Assembly: GCA_965248265.1 (NCBI GenBank)
Contig: CBDFJF010000002.1
Location: forward strand, 576,001-640,000
Direction of reading: 5' to 3'
DNA: 64,000 nt
Origin: Candidatus Latescibacterota bacterium
Lineage (GTDB): Bacteria > Latescibacterota > UBA2968 > UBA8231
A program made the position numbers and the translations under genes. The number at the start of each line of letters is the position of its first letter. Positions within the stretch are counted from its first letter, which is position 1. The notes under the pieces are model-generated. The model was not told the origin of the DNA. It worked only from the letters and a program-made list of their open reading frames with translations, and did no database searches. This document shows, in pieces, positions 27,566 to 36,340 of the stretch.

Positions 27566-28693
27566 ATGCAATTGACTCAGATGGACAAAGAAATTGTTGC
27601 GGAACACGGGGTGGTGAGCTCCTTTCCGCGCGACTTCCTGGGGTACTTCGGCTGGCCGACGCTGGCCAAGATGGACGATGGCACGCTGGTGGCGGCGGCC
27701 TCGGGTTTTCGCAACGAACACGTATGTCCCTTTGGTCGCAACGTGTTCTGTACCAGTGCCGATGAAGGTCGCACCTGGACGAGCCTGCGTGTGGCCAACG
27801 ACTCACCGCTGGACGATCGCGACACCGGTGTGGTCTGCCTGGGTGGGGACAAGATCTTGTTGTCCTGGTTCACGACCGACAATCGCTCACGCGCCGACAG
27901 AGCGAAACCAGAGGTAGCCGATATCTGGCAGACCGGTTTCGCCCGTATCACCGACGACAACGTCGCGCGTTATAGCGGTGCCTGGATCCGCACCAGTGAT
28001 GACGCGGGTGAGAGCTGGAAGGAGCCGGTGAAGGTGCCGCTGACGGCACCGCACGGACCGATCCGCTTGCGCAGCGGTGCCCTGCTCTACTTCGGCAAGG
28101 CCTTCGGCCGCGACATGGATGAGTTCACGACCGGTGCCGGAGAGATCGCGGCCATGACGAGCATCGATGAGGGCCAGACCTGGGAACGGCTGGGGGAGGT
28201 GCCGATGTTGGAAGGCACGGAACCCGGTAACTACCACGAGCCGCACGTGGCCGAGCTGGCGGACGGCAAACTGGTGGGGCTGATCCGCTCTGCCATGGCA
28301 TCGAGTGAAGGTCAGGATGACATCATGGGCGCTCTGAGATTTTCCATGTTTCAGTCGGTGTCCACGGATGGTGGGCGGACCTGGAGCAAGGCCGAGCCAC
28401 TGGGATTCCACGGATCGCCGCCGCACCTGCTGGTGCACTCGAGCGGGGCGCTGGTCTGCGCCTACGGCTATCGGCAGGAACCGTACGGGGAGCGGGTGAT
28501 GATCAGCCGGGACGGGGGGGAGAGTTGGGACCACGATTACATTCTGCGCGACGACGGTCCCGACAGGGATCTGGGCTACCCGTCGAGTGTGGAGTTGGCA
28601 GACGGAAGTCTGCTGACCATGTACTATCAAAAGATTGAATCGAGCGAGGAAAAGTGCAGTTTGCTGTGGTCGAAGTGGAAACTGCCGGGATAA
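27566..28693 (+). CDS. Sialidase-like BNR/Asp-box protein
   Basis: Five Asp boxes (SADEGRTW, SDDAGESW, SIDEGQTW, STDGGRTW, SRDGGESW); DDRD; DLGYPSS. Confidence 0.88.
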   Translation: MQLTQMDKEIVAEHGVVSSFPRDFLGYFGWPTLAKMDDGTLVAAASGFRNEHVCPFGRNVFCTSADEGRTWTSLRVANDSPLDDRDTGVVCLGGDKILLSWFTTDNRSRADRAKPEVADIWQTGFARITDDNVARYSGAWIRTSDDAGESWKEPVKVPLTAPHGPIRLRSGALLYFGKAFGRDMDEFTTGAGEIAAMTSIDEGQTWERLGEVPMLEGTEPGNYHEPHVAELADGKLVGLIRSAMASSEGQDDIMGALRFSMFQSVSTDGGRTWSKAEPLGFHGSPPHLLVHSSGALVCAYGYRQEPYGERVMISRDGGESWDHDYILRDDGPDRDLGYPSSVELADGSLLTMYYQKIESSEEKCSLLWSKWKLPG

Positions 28694-28723
28694 CGCGATC
28701 GCCGTGGTTTCCACTGGACGTTC

Positions 28724-29581
28724 ATGACACAGGTTGCCGTTATCGGATCCGCGACCCGGGACCGTGTCGTGGATGGTGAGGTCACTCGCCTCAAGTGGGG
28801 CGGTGTTGCCGTCTACTCCGGTCTGACCCTTTCCCGGTTGGGGATTTCTACTAGCGTCGTGACCAATATTGCCGTCCGCGACAACGCTTTGGTAGATCTG
28901 CTTTCGAGGGCTGAAATTTCCGTCGAAGCCGGCGACAGTAATCGGACCACTGAGTTCGTCAACTACGTCAGCGGAGACGAGCGGCGACAGGAGTTGCTCT
29001 CATATGCCGCTCCGATCTCGGAGTCACAGGTAGCCGAAATCGCCGCGAAGGTGGACCATGTGTACCTGGGTCCGCTGCATCCCCTCGACATAGGACCACA
29101 AGCCATCAAGGAGCTGCGGGACGTCGATCGTGTCAGCGTGGACATTCAGGGGTACACACGTAAGGTTGAGGGGATTGAGGTGCATGCTGAGATTTCGGAG
29201 CATTTACGCCTCGTTCTGGAGCGCGCAACCATAGTCAAGGCCTCCCGCGACGAAGCCGAAGCCGTGGCGAGTCAGTTCGGACAGGAAAACAGCACAACAA
29301 TGCAAGAGTACGGAGTCGAACAGTGGCTGATCACGGACGGAACTCGAGGAGGATGGCTACTCAGCCGTTCGGGGACACGTCACGAGTTCCGTGCCGTCGC
29401 CGCTAGCGAGATCGCTGATCCAACGGGGGCCGGGGATGTCTTCTTCGCCGCCTATCTGACCTACCATCTCTATAAAGGGGCCAACATCGACGAGGCGTTG
29501 CAACGGGCAGCCGCTCTGACCACCCGGCACGTGGAGGGTCAGTTCATCGGAGCTGACGAGCTTACGCGCGAGGAGGACTGA
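28724..29581 (+). CDS. PfkB/ribokinase family kinase
   Basis: GGVAVYSG, VDIQG, ITDG, and the DPTGAGDVF anion-hole motif. Confidence 0.88.
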   Translation: MTQVAVIGSATRDRVVDGEVTRLKWGGVAVYSGLTLSRLGISTSVVTNIAVRDNALVDLLSRAEISVEAGDSNRTTEFVNYVSGDERRQELLSYAAPISESQVAEIAAKVDHVYLGPLHPLDIGPQAIKELRDVDRVSVDIQGYTRKVEGIEVHAEISEHLRLVLERATIVKASRDEAEAVASQFGQENSTTMQEYGVEQWLITDGTRGGWLLSRSGTRHEFRAVAASEIADPTGAGDVFFAAYLTYHLYKGANIDEALQRAAALTTRHVEGQFIGADELTREED

Positions 29582-29583
29582 CT

Positions 29584-30441
29584 ATGAGCACCACCGCCTC
29601 TGACGACCAGCTGGCGCATTACAAGGAACAGGGGTACACGATTTTTGAAGGATTGTACGATGAAGCCCAGATGCAGTCCTGGCAGGAGGAGGTTCTACGC
29701 CTGGAAGCGGCCTCTACGGGGGTGTACGCGCAAACGCGAAGATGGTGGTTCGGCAACATGCTGGAACGGTCGCCCGCGTTGATGTGGCCGACGGTTTCTA
29801 ATTCGACAATTCTGGACTTCGCCGAAAGGGTCGTAGGGCCGTTCGTCCAACTGGACAACCTGACCCTGGCGGCTTTTCCGTCGGTGTCGGACGACGAGGC
29901 CAAGGGGAGTGTCAGCAAGTGGCACCGGGATCGCTGGGCGCGTATGCCAAGCGGCAACTACGAGCGGCCGTTGTCGATGAACGCGATCTGTTACCTGCAG
30001 GATTTGACCGATGACTACGGGCCGCTGCGGGTGATACCGGGGTCGCACGTCAACCCGGTAACGATCACCGAGGAGCAGAGGCAAGTGCCGCACGCGGACG
30101 AGGTGATCGTGTATATGAAGGCCGGAGATGTCGTCCTGACTCACAGCGGACTACTGCATTCGGGAACGCCCAATACATCCGGCAAGCGGCGGTTCTTTTT
30201 CAGTGTGTATTACAACATTTCCTGGCTCAAGTACACGGACACCTTTGACGGTCCCAATTGCAGACAACTGATCGACTGGGCACGTGGACGCAACGACCAC
30301 CGATCGTTGCGATTGCTGGGCGTGGACGACCACCTGCAGGCCCGCGGCAACAGCGGCTTTCAGGAGCCTGACGAAGGACGCTGGCAGCAGTGGATTGCCG
30401 AGGACCGAGAGGCGTTGAAGGAAATCGAGGAGCCAATGTGA
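29584..30441 (+). CDS. PhyH family dioxygenase
   Basis: YKEQGY, WHRD, YLQD..YGPLRVIPGSH, AGDVV..LLHSGTPN..RR; GGAGG RBS. Confidence 0.9.
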   Translation: MSTTASDDQLAHYKEQGYTIFEGLYDEAQMQSWQEEVLRLEAASTGVYAQTRRWWFGNMLERSPALMWPTVSNSTILDFAERVVGPFVQLDNLTLAAFPSVSDDEAKGSVSKWHRDRWARMPSGNYERPLSMNAICYLQDLTDDYGPLRVIPGSHVNPVTITEEQRQVPHADEVIVYMKAGDVVLTHSGLLHSGTPNTSGKRRFFFSVYYNISWLKYTDTFDGPNCRQLIDWARGRNDHRSLRLLGVDDHLQARGNSGFQEPDEGRWQQWIAEDREALKEIEEPM

Positions 30442-30510
30442 ACATCCTGATCACAGGCGTCGCAGGCAGTGTCGGAACGGATCTGTCCGAGTACCCCGAA
30501 GAGCGTCAGA
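30438..30510 (+). pseudogene. NAD-dependent epimerase/dehydratase N-terminal stub
   Basis: GAGGAG RBS and GTGA overlap, then MNILITGVAGSVGTDL (TGxxGxxG), cut off after about 25 codons by the convergent gene. Confidence 0.6.
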
Positions 30511-30513
30511 TGC

Positions 30514-30957
30514 TCAGTGCCGTGAATGCTCGGTGTGCGTCAGGCGGTGCGACAGAATATCGACCGCGGTTTCCAGAATTTTCACATAGATCCCCTGATG
30601 CTCACCCACCATCGACCGTAGCGCTCGGCCCGACAGACTCAGCGCCGTCGACGGCTCGATAGCCTCGATGCCCGCGAATCGCGTGTGGCCGGTCAGCACG
30701 CCCATCTCACCAAACACTTCGCCGGGGGAAACCTGGCCGATTTCCTGTCCCTCAGCGTCGACGATCCGCAAACGACCGCTGAGCAGCACAAGCATGTGTG
30801 AGCTCTTGTCGCCGGCAAGCCAGGCCGTCTCGCCAGCCCGATAGGCATTACGCTCACACAAGCCCAACAGGAACTCGGCCTCCTCCGCATCCAGTTCGCG
30901 GAACAGTTCGAGTCTGCGGATCAAGGTCAGCAGTTTGAAGTCGTCTTTTGTATTCAT
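30514..30957 (-). CDS. Stand-alone cyclic nucleotide-binding domain protein
   Basis: LFREL, GDKSSHMLVLLSGRL, PGEVFGEMGVL..TRFA. Confidence 0.85.
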   Translation of the reverse strand: MNTKDDFKLLTLIRRLELFRELDAEEAEFLLGLCERNAYRAGETAWLAGDKSSHMLVLLSGRLRIVDAEGQEIGQVSPGEVFGEMGVLTGHTRFAGIEAIEPSTALSLSGRALRSMVGEHQGIYVKILETAVDILSHRLTHTEHSRH

Positions 30958-31000
30958 TTTGTATTCATCGTGAACACGCGTTGATGAATGCCCCGGTCAC

Positions 31001-31667
31001 TCACGCACGAGCGACGTCGACGACCTCGTACACGGAAAGTGGCTCACTCTTGTTCTTCACAGACAGCGGTGGCAGCGGACTCAGGCGTACATCGGTACGG
31101 TCTTTGATGTACTCGTAGGAGGCAGCGGAAATGATTATCTGATGCGCCTCGGCCGCACTGCACAGACGTGCGGCCACGTTGACGTTGTCCCCTATCACCG
31201 TGTAGTCCATGCGCTCTTCACTGCCCATCGCCCCCAGAACCACCTGTCCTGTGTTGATGCCGATGCCGACGCCGACGTTAGCATCGGGGTACTGCTTGTT
31301 CAGTTCCCCGATGCGCCGCTGTATTGCATGGGCGCAGCTTACGGCGCGCAGTACCATGCCCTCGGCATGGTCGGTTTCCTCGTCGAATGTGGCGACCAAC
31401 TCGTCACCGACGAACTTGTCAATGTCCCCGCCCCACTCCTTGACGATTTCCGTCTGCGCGCGCAGGTAGGTATTGAGCATGCTGATCACCTGCTCGGGCT
31501 CAACATTTTCCGAGTAAGCCGTAAAGCCGCGAATGTCTGAGAAGAAGATGTGAACGCAGGTTGGCCGATTCCCGCTCGATGGTGATGACGACGGAGGCGC
31601 CCAGACCGCATACCAGGGCGATCACGATGATGACGAGAATCTTGTGTTCGAGCTTCAGGCTCGACAT
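31001..31667 (-). pseudogene. Class III adenylate/guanylate cyclase with internal deletion and frameshift
   Basis: The N-terminal TM segment MSSLKLEHKILVIIVIALVCGLGASVVITIERES is joined out of frame near 31553 to IFFSDIRGFT...DKFVGD...GIGINTG...DYTVIGDNVNVAARL. Confidence 0.8.
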
Positions 31668-31801
31668 TCTGCTTTCCGTTTAAGTTGAGATGGCCGGATG
31701 CCTGTCCGGATAGTACAAAACCAGGGGCTCAAGGAACAGCGTCCATGACGCACATCGGCATGTTGACGTTGCAACTGCCTGAGGCTCATGTTTGTGCTCC
31801 A

Positions 31802-32710
31802 ATGAGTGAACTCGCGTCAACGACGCTCCTCCGCCCGGTGTTGGTGTGGCTTTTCGGTTTGGCATTCCAATTGTCGAGTGCTCAACCGGCAGCCAGCCAG
31901 GCCTTCACGCCGAATGGCCTGGTGAGTCACTACACTGTGGAACGAGCATCCACGGAGATGGTCATAGACGGGGACTTGCACGAATTCGCCTGGGAGGTTG
32001 CCCCCCAGATCAACGACTTCGACCGCATCCTCGATTCCTACAACCTGGTTCTCAATCCCACTCGGGCAAAGATGTTGTGGGACGACGAGAATTTCTATTT
32101 CGCCTTCGCCTGTCAGGATGCGGACATCTGGGCGATTTACCAGCACGACGACGACAAGCTCTGGGAAGAGGAAGTCGTCGAGGTCTTCATCGATCCTGAT
32201 GGCGACGGACGCAACTACCTGGAACTGGAAGTCAATCCACAGAATACGGTCGTGGATTTGAGCATCCAGCAGTTGACTCCCACATGGGAGGCCGACATGG
32301 ATTGGGATATCGCCGGGCTGCGGTCCGCTGTTCGGGTTCAAGGTACTGTCAACGATTCTCTGAGTCAGGATCAGGGCTGGACGGTCGAAATCGCGATCCC
32401 CTGGTCCGCGATGGTTCCCCGAATCGGTGGTGGTGGGCGGCCCAATCCGGGCGACACATGGCGTCTAAATCTCTATCGAATCGAGCGCAAAGCCGGCCGT
32501 GAGGTAATGCGCCAGATCCGATCGCTAAGGGAGCAGATAGAGGAATTGTCCCGGGACAGTGGGGAATCTGAAACAGAACAATTGCAGGAACGACTCAGTA
32601 AGCTGGTCGCCCACTTCGACGATCAGACGGAACACACTGCCTGGAGCGAAACCCACCAGAGAGGATTTCACCATCCGGAACGTTTCGGCGTTGTGCAGTT
32701 CGCGGAATAA
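31802..32710 (+). CDS. Carbohydrate-binding family 9-like secreted protein
   Basis: Signal peptide; IDGDL.E.AW, WDDENFY, EVFIDPDGD, ELEVNP, WTVEIAIPW, WRLNLYR, HHPERFG. Start uncertain (31745 is also possible). Confidence 0.8.
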   Translation: MSELASTTLLRPVLVWLFGLAFQLSSAQPAASQAFTPNGLVSHYTVERASTEMVIDGDLHEFAWEVAPQINDFDRILDSYNLVLNPTRAKMLWDDENFYFAFACQDADIWAIYQHDDDKLWEEEVVEVFIDPDGDGRNYLELEVNPQNTVVDLSIQQLTPTWEADMDWDIAGLRSAVRVQGTVNDSLSQDQGWTVEIAIPWSAMVPRIGGGGRPNPGDTWRLNLYRIERKAGREVMRQIRSLREQIEELSRDSGESETEQLQERLSKLVAHFDDQTEHTAWSETHQRGFHHPERFGVVQFAE

Positions 32711-32777
32711 CCTCAAATGGATTCGCTTCATGCGATCCCGTTTTAACTCTACGGGTAGGGTAAAGAAAGGTGCTTCG

Positions 32778-35165
32778 ATGAGTTGTTTCAGGCCGATTTG
32801 GGTGAGCTGTCTGGTAGTCCTACTGTCGTCGCCAGTGGCGTCCGCTGAAGTCAATCAGGGGAGTGTCAGCGGTCGCGTCGTCGACGTTGCCACCAAGCAT
32901 CCTATCCCGGATGCGTCGGTGACCATCTACGGAACGAATGTCGGGACTGTTACGGACCAGGACGGCAGGTTCAACCTTGCAGGGATGAACGAAGGGCTGT
33001 ACAAGCTCGAATTCAGTCACATCGCCTATCACCGCTTTCTCGAAACCGATGTCCGAGTCGTGCGCAACAAGACGACCTCCGTCGAAGAGATCGAGCTTGC
33101 TCCCGCCATCATGATGGCTGCGGAGGTGACCGTTTCCACGACCTCCTTTCAAGAAAATCCGCAGGCCCCGGTCTCCCACTTCACCTATACCCGTGAAGAA
33201 ATCCGGCGCACACCGGGTGCCACCGGTGATGTCTTCCGCGCCATGGAGACCCTGCCTGGGGTGAGCACGTCCGGAGGTGAGTTCTCAGCCTTTTCGGTGC
33301 GCGGCAACAGTCCCACCGAGAACATCATCCTCATCGACAACATCCCCTTCGACAAGGTCAGCCACTTCGACGGCGGCAGCAGCGAGGAGCAGGAGAAACA
33401 GGGCGGCCGCTTCAGCATCTTCGCTCCCAACCTGATCGAGGATGCGCGTTTCCAGGCGGGAGGCTTCTCCGCGGCCTACGGGGGCAAGCTGGCCTCCTTT
33501 CTCGACCTCAAGCTGCGCGAGGCGAATCTGGAGGATGCCACGCTCGACGGACGCTTCGATGTGACCGGCTGGGAGGCGAACTACGACGGCCCCGTCAACG
33601 CCGTTCCCGGCACCGGGATCATCGTGTCGGCGCGCCACACCAATTTCACGCGGATTCTCGAGCTCACCGGCCAGGATGAGTTCGGCCGGCCGCGATTCAC
33701 CGACCTGATTTTCAAGACCACTACCGACCTGAATTCGCGGCACAAGATATCCGTTCTTGGTATTCACGCCCCGGAAAAGTTCAACCAGGAGACCGAACAT
33801 GTCTTCAAGAGCGACGACTTCGCGGCGCGTGACCTGGTGGACTTTGATGAATCAAAGTCACTGCTGGGACTGAACTGGCGCTACTTGGCCGGAACGTCCT
33901 GTGTGCTGCAGACGAACGTGTACGCGAGAAGGACTGATCGCCAGGCGCGTTTGGGTGCAGCAGATCCCATTCCGGGCATAGCCGCCGACGTGAGATCGGT
34001 CGATGACTTCACGCTACGCCAGCGCATCAGTGAGGATCTTGACGAGATCGAGGTGGGAACCCGCTCGACGTTCACCCACGCGATGGGTCAGGGAAACCAA
34101 CTTTCGTTCGGAATCGAAGGCAGCCGCTCGCGCTATGATCGAACAATCCTGCAAAACGGCCAGGATACGCTCTACGTCTTCGACAGCGACGACTTCCGGG
34201 TCAGCCCGGATCAACGATTCATCGTCACTACCCCGGAACAGATCGACTCGCGCTTCGATGGCACCCGGAGTCTGTTCGCCACGTTCGCCGAGTGGTCGCT
34301 GACTCCGGTGCAGCGCTTGACCGTGAACGCCGGAGCGCGCTACGAGTTTAACCAGCTGAACAGTCGCAACTATGTATCGCCGCGTCTGAGCTTGACTTTC
34401 CGTCTCACTGGCCGCACCCGGTTGAACTTGGCCACGGGTGTATACTATCAGACGCCTGACATCGACGTGGCTACTGCCGCAGCGCAAAACGAGGGGCTCA
34501 AGAACGAGAGGGCGCTGCATTTCATCACGGGAGTCAGCCACTACCTGCGTGACGACGTCAAGCTCACGTCAGAGGTGTACGCCAAGCAGTTCGATGACTT
34601 GATCGTGCATCCGGATCGGACCAGCCAGGTGCGCACGAATGCGGGCGAGGGCTGGGCGCGCGGCGTCGATCTCAGCCTGATAAAGCGGCTGGTGGATCAG
34701 TTTTACGGACAGATCAACTATTCGTTTGCCAAGAGCCGGCGCAACGACAACGACGGCCTGGAAAGCTACGACTCGGATTTCAACCAGCCGCATATCTTCA
34801 GCGTGCTGGGCGGGTACGAGATAAACAAGTCGTGGGCTATTTCGGCGAAATGGCGGTACGCCACTGGACGCCCACGCGACTCTTCCATCGTCCACACAGA
34901 TGTCTTCGACGATCCTGACCATGTGCGTTATTCACAGGAAATCATCTCCAATAACGGTGATCGCCTGACGGCCTTTCACACCTTCAACATTCGCGTCGAC
35001 CACCGGACCCAGTTGGGGCGCTTCGCGCTGGTGGGGTTTCTGGATATCGTCAATGTCTACGACCACCTCAATGTCAATGAGCAGCGCTTTCAGCCGCTGA
35101 CCGGAACCATCGACGAGCGCGGGTTCGGGGTGCTTCCTACCATCGGATTGAAGTTGGAACTCTGA
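32778..35165 (+). CDS. TonB-dependent receptor with carboxypeptidase-regulatory-like domain
   Basis: Signal peptide; SGRVVD..TDQDGRF, DVFRAMETLPGV, SVRG, GGFSAAYG, SPRLS, DIVNVY; beta-strand C-terminus IGLKLEL. Confidence 0.9.
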   Translation: MSCFRPIWVSCLVVLLSSPVASAEVNQGSVSGRVVDVATKHPIPDASVTIYGTNVGTVTDQDGRFNLAGMNEGLYKLEFSHIAYHRFLETDVRVVRNKTTSVEEIELAPAIMMAAEVTVSTTSFQENPQAPVSHFTYTREEIRRTPGATGDVFRAMETLPGVSTSGGEFSAFSVRGNSPTENIILIDNIPFDKVSHFDGGSSEEQEKQGGRFSIFAPNLIEDARFQAGGFSAAYGGKLASFLDLKLREANLEDATLDGRFDVTGWEANYDGPVNAVPGTGIIVSARHTNFTRILELTGQDEFGRPRFTDLIFKTTTDLNSRHKISVLGIHAPEKFNQETEHVFKSDDFAARDLVDFDESKSLLGLNWRYLAGTSCVLQTNVYARRTDRQARLGAADPIPGIAADVRSVDDFTLRQRISEDLDEIEVGTRSTFTHAMGQGNQLSFGIEGSRSRYDRTILQNGQDTLYVFDSDDFRVSPDQRFIVTTPEQIDSRFDGTRSLFATFAEWSLTPVQRLTVNAGARYEFNQLNSRNYVSPRLSLTFRLTGRTRLNLATGVYYQTPDIDVATAAAQNEGLKNERALHFITGVSHYLRDDVKLTSEVYAKQFDDLIVHPDRTSQVRTNAGEGWARGVDLSLIKRLVDQFYGQINYSFAKSRRNDNDGLESYDSDFNQPHIFSVLGGYEINKSWAISAKWRYATGRPRDSSIVHTDVFDDPDHVRYSQEIISNNGDRLTAFHTFNIRVDHRTQLGRFALVGFLDIVNVYDHLNVNEQRFQPLTGTIDERGFGVLPTIGLKLEL

Positions 35166-35217
35166 GGCGGGGCATCGACGGATGGCTGCCGCCGTGGTGG
35201 GTTCATGGAGCAGAAAT

Positions 35218-35289
35218 ATGTCGGACATCGAGACAGTCGCTGATTACACGGTGCGAACCATCAACCACCCGCGTCGGAGCCGAGCATGA
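35218..35289 (+). other. 23-aa mini-ORF coupled to the amidase gene (gene remnant or leader peptide)
   Basis: GGAG RBS, MSDIETVADYTVRTINHPRRSRA*; the stop overlaps the next ATG (ATGA). Confidence 0.4.
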
Positions 35290-36218
35290 GAACATTCACG
35301 CGTACACCATACTATTCGGGACCGGATGACCCGGAGATCGGGCGCGTCCGGGGGCCACTTCAGCTGGGGGAGACGGTCATCATCGAGACCGTGGGTGGGC
35401 ATGACCAGGATTATGCGAACAACCACCCGCACCGCGCCGGCGCTGTCATGGAGGTGCTGGAGAAGCGGCATTCACGTCAGGGTGGGCCGTTCTACATTGA
35501 CGGCATCGAACCCGGCGACTGGGTCTCCATCGAGATCATCGACATCGATGTCGGTCCATACGGTTTTTACCGCAACGGAGGACCTCACTGGGGCAGCATC
35601 CGGCTGATCGCTCCGATGAAGGATGGTCTCGTCCACTTTCCTCCCGACTTCGTGGTCCCGGTACGGCCGATGATCGGTTTCATATCGCTGGCATCAGTGG
35701 CTCCCTACGAGAATGACACCGGCGGCAACACCGACTTTAACTCCTACATCGCCGGCAGCACCGTACACATCAAGGCCCAGAAGGAAGGCGGACTGATGCT
35801 GCTTACGGACGTGCATGCGCGCATGGGAGATGGAGAGTTGACGGGCACCGGCGTGGAGATTGATTCCGCCATCACTTTAAGGGTGGACAGATCGCCGGGG
35901 TTTCCCTGCAGCAGTCCGGTTGTCGAGAAAACCAGGCACGTAGAGCCGGAGCGAGAATGGTTGACGAGTGGAAGGGGAGCGAACTGGGAAGAGGCGCTGA
36001 AGATCGCGTGGTCGGAGATGGTGGGGCTGGTCGCAGCCGAGTACGGTACCACCACGGAGTACGCCAACCTGATTGTCGGAACGATTGCAGATGCCCGGCC
36101 CGGGTACGCGGCCGGGGGGTTGTGCGCTCGCGGCCGTCTCCGAGAAACCTCCAATGTCACCTGTCAGCTGGCGGTAACCAAGGAACTGCGGCGTACTGGT
36201 CAGCCGTTCGAACCATAG
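35286..36218 (+). CDS. Acetamidase/formamidase family protein
   Basis: GPFYIDGIEPGD, PMIG, GGNTD, DVHARMGDGE..GVE. Confidence 0.87.
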   Translation: MRTFTRTPYYSGPDDPEIGRVRGPLQLGETVIIETVGGHDQDYANNHPHRAGAVMEVLEKRHSRQGGPFYIDGIEPGDWVSIEIIDIDVGPYGFYRNGGPHWGSIRLIAPMKDGLVHFPPDFVVPVRPMIGFISLASVAPYENDTGGNTDFNSYIAGSTVHIKAQKEGGLMLLTDVHARMGDGELTGTGVEIDSAITLRVDRSPGFPCSSPVVEKTRHVEPEREWLTSGRGANWEEALKIAWSEMVGLVAAEYGTTTEYANLIVGTIADARPGYAAGGLCARGRLRETSNVTCQLAVTKELRRTGQPFEP

Positions 36219-36340
36219 ATCGCGGTCCCGCAGAAGGTCTGCGTCCAGCTTGCAGAATCACGTGCAGTAACTGCATCTTGGAGTCCAGAGTTGCGGTGCT
36301 TTCCCCGAACCCGGACCAACGCTGAGAGGTTGACCAGGTT

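Noticed and set aside
36251-36275. TGCAG-TAA-CTGCA palindrome upstream of cstA
   Set aside because: Only 5-bp arms and no second instance seen; too weak to call an operator.
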